From Octopus sinensis (Eukaryota): a stretch of 64,000 bases of DNA. Where the stretch lies: contig NC_043008.1 of assembly GCF_006345805.1 (NCBI RefSeq), positions 65,596,001 to 65,660,000 of the forward strand, read 5' to 3'. The position numbers and the translations under genes were made by a program. Under the pieces are notes generated by a model. The model was not told where the DNA came from and searched no databases. It saw only the letters and a list, made by a program, of their open reading frames with translations. Positions 13,101 to 24,597 of the stretch are shown piece after piece. Within the stretch, counting starts at the first letter, position 1. Each line of letters opens with the position of its first letter.

Positions 13101-13430
13101 CAAGTGTCTTCTACTATAGCCTCAGGCCGACCAAATATTTGTGAGTGGATTTGATAAACGAAAAACGAAAGAGACCCTTTGTGTGTCTGTGAGGTGGAGG
13201 GTATTCGTGCGTGTATCTTTGTGTCTGTATTTCTACCCTCTCCACTGCTTGACAACCCGTGTTGGTGTGTCTATATCTCTGTAACTTAGCAGCTCGGCAA
13301 AATGATACGATGGAATAAGTGCCAGGCTTTAAAAAATTACTAGAGTCAATTTATTCAATTACAAATTCTTCAGAGCGCTGCCCCAGCATAGCTGCAGTCT
13401 AATGACTGAGGCAAGTAAAAAATAAAATAA
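13101..13430 (+). mobile_element. SINE family A, 5'-truncated
   Basis: CAAGTGTCTTCTACTATAGCC head remnant plus GCTTGACAACC..GCTGCCCCAGCAT tail. Confidence 0.75.
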
Positions 13431-13445
13431 ATAAATAAATATATA

Positions 13446-13850
13446 GGCGCAGGAGTGGCTGTGTGGTAAGTAGCTTATTTACGAACCACATGGTTCCGGG
13501 TTCAGTCCCACTGCGTGGCACCTTAGGCAAGTGTCTCCTACTATAGCCTCGGGACTACCAAAGCTTTGTGAGTGGATTTGGTAGACGGAAACTGAAAGAA
13601 GCCCGTCGTATATATGTATATTTATATATATGTATGTGTGTTTGTGTGTCTGTGTTTGTCCTCCTAGCATTGCTTGACAACCGATACTGGTTTGTTTATG
13701 TCCCCGTCACTTAGCGGTTCGGCTAAACAGACCGATAGAATAAGTACTGGGCTTACAAAGAATAAGTGCCGGGTCGAGTTGCTCGATTAATGGCGGTGCT
13801 CCAGCATGGCCGCAGTTAAATGACTGAAAGAAGTAAAAGAGTAAAAGAGT
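13446..13850 (+). mobile_element. SINE family A, full length with internal (TA)n(TG)n
   Basis: GGCGCAGGAGTGGCTGTGTGGTAAG head, GGTTCAGTCCC B-box-like motif, CCTTAGGCAAGTG CORE-like motif, 3' (GTAAAAGA)n. Confidence 0.9.
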
Positions 13851-14036
13851 ATCATTTATACACGTGTTTATGTGTGCGCATGTGCATGCATGTATATGAA
13901 GGCAGCGTATTGGCAGATTCTAGAAGACTCGTTGGATTGAATGCCGTATTTTTACAGACTCGTTGCTTTTTCAGTTTAAATCCGACCGAATTCAAATTCT
14001 CCTTTATATCTTTCAAGGTCAATAAAAAGTTCTGAG

Positions 14037-14210
14037 GGGTGGTTGTGTTAAGTAGCTTTCTTACGAACCACGTGGTTCCAGGTTCAGTCCCACTGCGTGG
14101 CAACTTGGGCAAGTGTCTTCTACTAGAGCCTCGAGGCGACCAAAAACTTGATAGAAGCCCGACCGGAAACTGATAGAAGCCCGTCGTATATACGTATATA
14201 TATATATATT

Positions 14211-14247
<37 letters not shown>

Positions 14248-14480
14248 ATGTATGTATGTATGTATGTGTATATGTTTGTGTGTCTGTGTTTGTCACACCA
14301 ACATCGTTTGACAACCGATGTTGGTGTGTTTACGTCCCCGTAACTTAGCTGTTCGGCAAAAGAATCGATAGAATAAGTACTAGGCTTACAAAGAATAAAT
14401 CCTGGGGTCGATTTACTCGAAATAGGCGGTGCTCCAGCATGGCCACAGTCAAATGACTGAAACCGGTAAAAGAGTAAAAT
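14037..14480 (+). mobile_element. SINE family A, full length
   Basis: Same head/microsatellite/tail architecture. Confidence 0.88.
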
Positions 14481-14960
14481 AATAAAAAAGTAAGAGGAGT
14501 TTATCTAGCGGAATTGGAAGAGAACTGGAGACGTTACTTTCCAGTAACAGTTCCAGATCCTTGCATATTTGACACCAAAATCTACCAACCCACTGTCAAC
14601 AACGCTTCCTCGAAATATATTTTGGTGACGTGGAAAAATGAGACTTGCATCCGTGAACACTTGACAGCATTCCTCGAATATATCTAACCCAAACCAGAAA
14701 AATAAATGTGCAGAAGCATTGCCTGCAATGACCGACAGAAGTCATTACATGGATATTGCATTGCCGAATGATTAAGAAGCTTCCTTCGTAATTACGGGCT
14801 ACTAATTTTTTCCGTATTCGGAGCAACTTGGAGAAGTCCCTTTTACAAAATCCACAGGTCAAGTTAAGCCTTGTCAGTAGAATAAAGTAGAAATTGTTTG
14901 GAAGCCGATTAGGTAGATTGTAAAGGTAAATCAAAGCTATGGTAAATCAAAGCTATAATG

Positions 14961-15675
14961 TCATTCTAAAAGTAAACAATTTCAACATAATGCATGGTTA
15001 ATTAAAACCAGTGTTAATAACTAAGCGTAACAATTTACAGAATAATCTGAATGGTAAAGTGCTAAAACGTCTCCCATCTCATAGGTTTGTGACACTAATT
15101 TTGCCTGAAAATTACGCTAAGAATAATCGTGTTTGTGGAATATTCGGCCACTTAATTTTTGATTCAATGAGAATGTATTTCAGCTGCTCGAATAACTGAA
15201 AAATCTCCGTTAAAACCGAGAAATTGATTATTTATGTATGGTACACATGAATCTACATAACATAACGTTCATATGATACTACTGAATGTTCAATAGATGT
15301 GTGAACGTGATCCATTAATGTACATCAAGATAAAGAGTGTGAAGTGCTTGCAATAAAACTAGGGAGTTTCCACTAACATTATAAGTAGTTTTGTAGCGTC
15401 AAACTTACATTATCTTAACATATTTGTAATGAAATAATGCCCCAGAGAAATAAATAAAATGGATCTAATTCATAGATTAGAAGAAAATAGTATTACAGTA
15501 CAACAGAGAAAAAAATATCCAATAATTTTAGTGAACAAGGAAAATGTGCAATAGCACATCCAAACATATGTGCACGCTCTCATGCACTCACTTGCACACA
15601 CATAATATAATATATGTATATATATCGTATATATATATATATATATTATATATATATATATATATTATATATACG

Positions 15676-15711
<36 letters not shown>

Positions 15712-15764
15712 TTCTGTACATGCTTACAAGCAGACATATATATATATATATATATATATATACG

Positions 15765-15817
<53 letters not shown>

Positions 15818-16294
15818 AATATACATATACATATGTATGTGCGTGTGTGTGTGGATATATAGCCACGTGTGTATACATACACGGTGGAGGGGATGCGCGC
15901 TCACATTTGCTATTCACTTTGTCGTGTGAAACTCACTTGATTATTACCACGCTCCCAAGGTGCATGCTGTGTATAGTATACCAAGAAACCTTTTGTACAT
16001 CATGTGATATATAGATACAAATTATATGGTAGAATTCTCTTTATACTGAAAGAGCTTTATATTACCCGTACGCCTGTAAAACTTGTACTACTCGACTAAA
16101 TACTTAGCAAATTTATTGAATGAGTCCTTCGTCTGGAGACTATTCTATAATATTGAAGACTTCATTAAACCTATGAGATGAGAGACGTTTTAGCACTTTA
16201 GCATTCAGATTATTCTGTAAAATGTTACGCTTAGTTATTAACATTGGTTTTAATTAAACATGCATTATGTTGAAATTGTTTAATTTTATAATGA
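14961..16294. repeat. ~127 bp inverted repeat pair (14961-15088 and 16167-16294) enclosing ~1.1 kb; possible non-autonomous DNA transposon
   Basis: AACAATTTCAACATAATGCAT...CATCTCATAGGTTT is found reverse-complemented at high identity. Confidence 0.7.
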
Positions 16295-16560
16295 TTGTAG
16301 AGTAGATATCAGAGAGGGGATCTGGTTGTTTAAAACGTAAACCAGGTAAAATCCTGGAGCCAGATATGGCCGGTTTAAAAACTAAAAGGTTGATTGTAAT
16401 CTACGAAAGTATAGTTTAATTAAAGTTTTGCAGAATATTTCGATATTAAATTATGGCGATCCGCACCAAACATCAAATAACTTGAAAATATATTAAAATT
16501 ACTACTACTATTGGTAGTAGCCGTGGTAGTAGTAGTAGTGGTGGTGGTGATGATGGTGGA

Positions 16561-16638
<78 letters not shown>

Positions 16639-18060
16639 ATCGGGGTTTTTTTGGTGGAGTGGTTCATTGCTACAGAAGTACTTTTAAATACCACGAAGTA
16701 CTTTGGTGGTGGGGTCACTTATTCCAAACAACGACCAACAAGCGCTGATTCCCTAAAACCAGTGATAGTGCCTTTCTTTCGTCACTCGATATGCTAAGAA
16801 TAGCAGCCATATCTCTACCAAATCACAGCCATCTACCGCTGAAATAAAGAATACACTACACAATGTAGTTATAGCCCTGTATATAGAGATGAAAGGGAAA
16901 CAGCGAGGATGCATTTGTTCATAGGTCGTCCAAATTCGGATTTCCGTAAATCTAAGGAACAATAACAACATTAAAAGCAATATAGTTTTGCAACGCGTAT
17001 TTTTTTAACGTCGTTACTGTTTTTCTTGCACCATTTTTGTGAAGGAATATTTCTTGTTTTTAAGTAAAGTGAAATAGGGAAGCACTTCAAAAGCAAATAG
17101 AAGACTTCAGTTTAAATCCTTTGGAAATGTTGAGTCTAACAACTAGAAGATTATAATTTAATCTTCATCACACTTTTATTTTCATCTCTGAAATCCTTTT
17201 CATATAAAGACTATATTAATCCGAATTGCTTTCACGGCTTTACATCTGTTTTCATCCAACTTCTATTTCGTGTTAGAAAAACAGCGTCGAAGCCTAAAAA
17301 CTGCGGTAGTAGTAGTAGTAGTAGTAGTAGTTGTTGTTGTTTTTGTTGTTGTTATTAATGTAATAGGGGAGAAAGGGGAGAAACACATTTACATTAGAAG
17401 ATTCCTTCCAAGTGAAAGGGTTCGTTCTTCACTCAGGGATAATGAATTGATCTCTGTAAAACAGGTGAAATATATCGATTATGCAACTACGTTATTTTAG
17501 ACTCTTTAAGAGTAAAGTTGTTAGAAGCGAATTTTCTTAAATATTAGAAGTGAAAGCTCAGACATAATTTTATATATTCGGAATTTACATGATATAACAC
17601 ATATTCGTAGACAATTTCATCAAAAAATATCCATTTTTCTGAAAGTTATGATCATCAAAATTCGGGCGGGGTGCAGAAAAACTGTAGTTAAGTCTTTGAA
17701 TCTTCAAAAAGATATCAGAATAAATTTTCGGAGAATATGCTCAAAAAGAAACAAAAAATATTTTGTGAATCTTCTCAGCTACAAAACTTTTGCATCAATG
17801 ATGGAAGCTATTTCTTAGCTTTTTGCTGAATTCACAAACTGACTGGCGGGAATAAAATGACCTGTTAATTTTATCTCTGTTCATACGTGTGTGTGTGTGT
17901 GTGTGCGTTACCAGTACCATAGATCTTTCTCTATCTATGTGTCTGTTTTCTTCTCTCTCCTCTCTCTTTCTCCATCTCTCTCTCTATCTATCTGTTTTCC
18001 CCTCTCTCTCTACCTATCTGTATTCCTCTCACTCCTTTCTCTTTCTCTCTCTATCTCTCT

Positions 18061-18434
18061 TTACTCTTTACTCTTTTACTTGTTTCAGTCATTTTGACTG
18101 CGGCCATGCTGGAGCACTGCCTTTAGTCGAGCAAATCGACCCTGGGACTTATTCTTTGTAAGCCCAGCACTTATTCTATCGGTCTCTTTTGCCGAACCGA
18201 TAAGTTACGGGGACGTAAACACACCAGCATCGGATGTCAAGCAATGCTAGGGGGACAAACACAGACACACAAACACACACAGGCTTCTTTCAGTTTCCGT
18301 CTACCAAATCCACTCACAAGACATTGGTCGGCCCGGGGCTATAGCAGAAGACACTCGCCCAAGATGCCACGCAGTGGGACTGAACCCGGTACCATGTGGT
18401 TGGTTAGGAAGCTACTTACCACACAGCCACACCT
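18061..18434 (-). mobile_element. SINE family A, full length, almost no internal microsatellite
   Basis: Head joins the tail through only a short CA tract. Confidence 0.9.
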
Positions 18435-19027
18435 ATCTATCTATGTATCTGTTTTCCACTCTCTCTTTCTCTCTCTCTCTCTGCCTCTTTCTCTTCCTTC
18501 CCTGACGCTACCCCTTACTTCCACTCCATTTCAACCCATTGCACACCCTTCCGTTCTTTCATCCCTCACCGTCACCAGAGATAAAAGTCTCAATACTCTT
18601 AGACACACCCGCACACATAAGTCTGTCTCCAGTTTATTTCTTCATCAGGAATTAAGATAGCATTGCTTTCAGTACTAACCATTTCTATACTACATACAAG
18701 CAGAAGCACACGCACACACACACACACACACACACAGACAGACAGACACACACACATACACACACAAGCACAAACACCACACACGCTTACGCGTTTGTCA
18801 TTACCTACATGCTTTCACACACACTAAACCGAAGGAAATAATCTATTCCCTCTTTAGTGACATCAGATCTCTTGTACTATACGCACACGATGTTGTCTCT
18901 AAAGTGTCCAAAATTTGATAAAATTGTCCACAGAAGGGAATTCTTTTTTTAAGAACTCATTCTCAAATTGACCCCTTTCTCTATTGGTATACTAAACATT
19001 GTGTACAAAAGGTATAAAATTCCAGAA

Positions 19028-19208
19028 GGCGGCGAGCTGGCAGAAACGTTAGCACGCCGGGCGAAATGCTTAGCGGTATTTCGTCTGCGTTACGCTGTGA
19101 GTTCAAATTCCGCCGAGGTCAACTTTGCCTTTCATCTTTTCGGGCTCGATAAATTAAGTACCAGTTACGCACGACTTAATACCTATATCTGTCCATAGAA
19201 ATAGGTAT
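19028..19208 (+). mobile_element. SINE family B
   Basis: GGCGGCGAGCTGGCAGAAACGTTAGCACGCCGGGCGAAATGCTTAGC..GAGTTCAAATTCCGCCGAGGTC..GCCTTTCATC. Confidence 0.9.
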
Positions 19209-19526
19209 AAAAATCCAGCATAACTCTACGCATGCCTCACCAAAATATGACCATGCCCTTTCGGTGGGGCATGCAACCCACATGTGGAGTCACGGATCTT
19301 GAGGAACATCAAGAATATTTAAAGAAAGCTAAACTATGAGTGCTACAAAAATGTAAATCTTTCTTTTTTGCCAAAATAGGTCCTCTTAATTTTTCCCATT
19401 CCGTTTTATTTCCACGTGCCCACTGGTAATAAGTGGAAAGTATAGTTTCACACGAGAAATAACTGTACCCTTAGATCGCTAAGTCTCCTTCTCTCTATCT
19501 GTCATGTGTCTATCCATCCCTCTCTC

Positions 19527-19593
<67 letters not shown>

Positions 19594-19903
19594 AAGTATA
19601 TGAGTGTGCGTGCGTATGTGTGAGCGTGTGTCTGTGTGTCTGTGTGTCTGTCTTGCAATTATAGCTACCCATGGTTCTCTGATCGAAATAATAATTTATA
19701 CAGCCATTTATGGATTTATGGAGCTGAAATCATATGTATGTATGTATGTATGTACGTATGTAAGTATGTATGTATGTATGTATGAGTGTCTGTATGTATG
19801 TGTATGTATGTATGCATGAATGTATGTATGTGTATGTATGTATGTGTATGTATGTATGTATGCATGAATGCGTGCATGCATATATGTGTGTATATATATA
19901 TAT

Positions 19904-19936
<33 letters not shown>

Positions 19937-19952
19937 GTATGTATATATATAT

Positions 19953-20000
<48 letters not shown>

Positions 20001-20261
20001 TATATTCATAAGTATTTTGATATGTATATGTATATTCATTTGAATAAGTGAGACGGATAATGTAGCGTTGCTTATGTTATTAGCATGGATTACGAAACAG
20101 CTGTTAACTACTGTAATAAACATCTATTGACTCAGTCCACTTCTCTTTTGTAGTTAATTTGTTATATATGTATGTGTGTGTATGTGTGTTTGCCTCTCTG
20201 TTTTTGCCTGTTTTTTGTGCGTGTGCTGTGTATTCCTTTCGAGTATAGACACAAGGCCTGA

Positions 20262-20390
20262 CAGTTACGTATTTCATCGACCCCATAAAGATAAAGTCAA
20301 CGACGACCTCGGTAGCATTTGAACTTAGACGTGGAGATGAGATATCACAAGGCATTTTCTCCGGCGTGTTAATAATAAGGTGTTGGCCGC
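20262..20390 (-). mobile_element. SINE family B, old and diverged
   Basis: GTTCAAATGCTACCGAGGTCG..GGGGTCGATGAAAT remnants. Confidence 0.6.
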
Positions 20391-20749
20391 ACACATACAC
20401 ACATACATTCTCTTGATTGGCTTACAATATGTTTAGCGAATGAATTTTACCGGTAGGAAAGTAATTTCATAACAGCAAATTCAACAAAGTATTAAGTACT
20501 TTATCTAAATATTCGCGCATCCGCGATATGGACGCCTGCTGCTGAGGAACGAAACTGGAATACCTTTATCCCTATAATGTTTTATATGCAGTGCAGCTCT
20601 ACCAGCTCACATACTTCAATTCAGACGTTATCACCCCTCCTGATATCATAAATTCTCGACATTCATAGCAGAAAATTATGAATACAAAATACACACACAT
20701 ACATACACACACGCAAAACACACACACAGACATATATATAAATAAATAA

Positions 20750-20818
<69 letters not shown>

Positions 20819-23354
20819 TATAATATATATATGTAGTATGTATATATATATAATATATATATATATATTTATATATATATATATATATGTAGGTATGTAC
20901 TTGTGTGGTAGGTATGTATATATACATATATATATATATGTAGGTATGTATATATATATATATTTATATATATTTATATATATATATGTAGGTATGTATT
21001 TGTGTGTGTATGTATGTATGTAAGTGTGTAAGTATATCTGCATATAGGTTTTAATATACGTGTTTATTTCATTAAAGAGACGAGAAGTGAAAGATATATT
21101 TATTGAATTACTGCTTATGTAGATACCCACACGCACACAAAAGACACACGCAGACCCACATAAGAGCACACACACACGCAATCATAGTCACACACACACA
21201 CACACACACATACACATATTTGTGTGCATATGTGGTTATGTATATTATGAATAAATACTTTTATATCCCCCTCCTCGGCACACACACAATTCAATACTCA
21301 TAGATGTTCAGAGAAAGCGAAAGAGAGAGAGAGGGAAGAGAGAGAGAAAGTATAGAAGAGAAAGGATTTAGAGAGACAATGAGATAATTAGACAGATCGA
21401 TAGATTCAGGTGCAGTCTTGCATACTAAGGAATTATATATTGAAATATCTACTGAGAATCATTTTCGTTTCAACAGAATCTTATTTATTTAGGAATAATT
21501 TCCGCTGTTTGATTTCGTGAATAAAAGTTACCTTCTTATTCCTAATTGTTATTCTGCTCTTGTAAAAGCGAGACCAAGTAATATTGAATTCCAGATTCTG
21601 TTGCCAAAATTCCTGCATCACTTCACCAAAAAGCTGATGTCATTTTTCACTATTCGACTAAGAGACTCTTGAACATTGCCGAAAATCTTCAGCAATTAAA
21701 GATCTAATTTTGGTTTAAACCACAGACGAGGGTTTTATAACAACTGAAGATGTTTATATATGTGAGACACTGTCTGGATGTTTAAAATGATTGGTGGTTT
21801 CTTGGGGTTGAATAATTTATATTCGAGGGTCTGTAATGTCATGTGATAGATGATTGCCGATTTGGGAAGGTGGATGGGAGTCTGTGTTGAGGGGCTGCTA
21901 TTTGAAAATGGACCTATGCGTGATGGTGATTTATGAGTGATGATTGATGAAGCATATACAGAGTGAGCGTTGTGTTCAACTTTCACTTTTACTTTCTTTT
22001 CATTGTTGCGTTTAAGTCTTGGTATTTTTAGTATTTCGTTGGTGTCGACATATGATGTGTGGTACTTAAATTTTCGTAGCCGGCTAATGTTTCCGAGTGT
22101 ACAGTGATGTTTGTTGTATATTATTAAATATCTTCTGCTTGGCTGGATTTGATGTGTGATATGTATTGCTCCCTCATGGCAAATGTTTATTTCTGTGCTA
22201 ATGTTCATATTTGATGCATGATAAACTGTTACTTGTAAATGGCTAATATTCCGTTGGTATTGATGAAGGATTTGTGGCGTTCAACTGTTGGGAAGTATTG
22301 TTATCTGAGGGTTGATAAGTGATGTGTAATGTGCCACGAAGTCAAAAACTATTAAATCGTACTGTAACAGAAGGTTAAATGAGGAGTGATTTTTTTAGTT
22401 ATTTTAGCCGGTCGAGAGACCAAGTAGTAGCTCCCTACTTCATTAGAGATGACTGCATTAATCTATGAACGAGAAGTTAGCCTCTGAATTGGGAACTAAA
22501 TTCTCTGGAAACGCACACTATATTCTTTAAAACACTATGACCTTATAATAAACATTTTCATCCCAATAATGGTGATATATCATATTAGCTTAGGGCCCAC
22601 ATTTTTATGTGAATATTAGATCGTGTATAATTGATGAACTATTATTTATGGGGGTAACAGTTGCAGTGTTAAATTTTCTAGTGTACGTAAACATAAAAAG
22701 ACAATGTTTATATGCTTATTAAAAATTTGTTTTAGCCATAGCGTTTTATGTATTTAGCTGAAAGAAAAGGAAGCGTGTCTATAACATTTACAGTTCCTTC
22801 CGGAGTGTTAAGGTCAGGTCAAAGGAGCTTTAATATATTCCAGTCGACGTCAGCAGTTAAAATGTACATCGGAAGGAAATTAGCAAAAGATGAATGCCTT
22901 GGGTGGAAGACCTTCAGCTTGCAGCTTTCTGAGGAAGATGCAGTAAAAAAGGATTATTGTCTCAGATGGGGGTTTGTGTGCTCATGTGTAAAAACAAGAA
23001 TCATTTTGCATTATTGTTAAATGATGCAAAAGGAATTATTGTTAATCAAGTGGTAAATTACTGAATGTTTGTGAAGATACATTTTTTTCTACCGTTTTCT
23101 AATGTGTTTAAGTCTAAAGTCTGCCGGAGTTAAGATAGAGTAATGGCAGTGGTAATGGCGTTTATTGAGGCTGAAAAAAGTGTTCGGAATTGTCCTTTTT
23201 TGATAGAATTTTCGTTAATGAGCGGTTAGTTTAGAAAAAAAAAATCATTAATTTGGACTTGATAGAAAAATATCACGTGGTATTATTTAATTTTCACTAG
23301 AAGGGAAGACAGCATTGATTAATCAACAATTGTGTGATATTTAATGTAATTTTA

Positions 23355-23560
23355 AGGCGGCGAACTGGAAGAATCCTTAGCATACCGGACAAAATGCTTA
23401 GAGGCATGTCATCCGACTTTGCGTAGATTCAGCTCTGGTCGACTTCGCCTTTCATCCATTCTGGGTCGCGGAAATAGGTACCAGTTGAGCATTGTGGTCG
23501 ATCTAATCGACTAGCCCGTCACGCAGTATTGCAGGCCTTGTACTTATATTAGAAATAATA
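23355..23560 (+). mobile_element. SINE family B, diverged
   Basis: GGCGGCGAACTGGAAGAA head, GTCGACTTCGCCTTTCATCC core, GGCCTTGT tail. Confidence 0.78.
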
Positions 23561-23653
23561 TTTCATGTATATTATCTGTCATGAGTATACGTATTCATGC
23601 AGGCCATGTGGTATAGGCATATATGTTGATAGATTGATAGATAGATAAATGGT

Positions 23654-23716
<63 letters not shown>

Positions 23717-23726
23717 ATGGTTAGAT

Positions 23727-24448
23727 ATGTTTCTTTATTAGCCACACAGGGCTGCATACAGACGGGACAAATTACAAGGTAGAGCTTTTCTTTTTGGGGA
23801 TAAAAAGGGGTTTTTGGTTTTCGATCAAAAGGGATCGTAAAAGGAAAGAAAGGGGAAAGTACAAAAAAGGGGGGGAATAAAAGGAAAAAGAAAAAAATCG
23901 ATCAATAGGGATCGTTATCACAGAAATGTCAATATAAAGTGTAAAGGGGAGGACAGGTGAGGTTTATCTGTGGAAAGAAAAGCCTACGGAAAAGACCACG
24001 GTAACCTCGGTCAATGAAGTCATATGTTATATATTTATTTTACAAATAAGCAACTCTCTGTATTAATTTTTCCGATTTATAGGATCATAGTCAAGGTGGC
24101 TTCGTCATTCATACGTACCATCCTTGCTACATTCACCCATCTTCTTTTAAAACATTCACTAGACAAAACTTCCCTCTCTACTCTCACTTTCCTCTGTTGA
24201 TGAGAGATTGACCAGAGAGGAATGTGTTTGTCTCTAATCCTTTCAGGCGCGTCCACCAGATACATTCTTTCGCCATTGCCACAAGTTTGATAAAAATAGC
24301 TCTTCCTTCCCGTTTGGAGGAAGGAGGCGTGACGATATTGACGATAGACTCGGCTGATAAACCGACACGTCCCACACGTGACAACAGTCGTTCGACATAA
24401 GCCCACAGGTCGGAGATTGTTGGACACTGCACGATTGCGTGCAGAACG

Positions 24449-24449
<1 letters not shown>
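23727..24449 (-). mobile_element. Tx1-clade LINE 3' end inserted in a (GATA)n microsatellite
   Basis: LHAIVQCPTISDLWAYVERLL..VAMAKECIWWTR, C-terminus ending 24077, 3' UTR ending ..GGCTAATAAAGAAACATA; (GATA)n at 23631-23726 and 24450-24597. Confidence 0.8.
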
Positions 24450-24501
<52 letters not shown>

Positions 24502-24526
24502 TAGATAGATATAGATAGATAGATAT

Positions 24527-24597
<71 letters not shown>

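Noticed and set aside
14500-14690. Stop-free plus-strand frame (VYLAELEENWRRYFP..LEYI) in unique sequence
   Set aside because: No convincing splice sites or recognisable homology
15362-15371. Exact NF-kB consensus GGGAGTTTCC
   Set aside because: A single degenerate 10-mer in 64 kb is unremarkable
21735-22208. 157-aa minus-strand ORF, A/C-rich like a LINE sense strand
   Set aside because: No motif I can assign with confidence; probably a very old retroelement remnant
22748-23020. 90-aa plus ORF, and a minus frame with an in-frame TGA (considered as selenocysteine)
   Set aside because: No homology, no SECIS seen, both strands equally plausible
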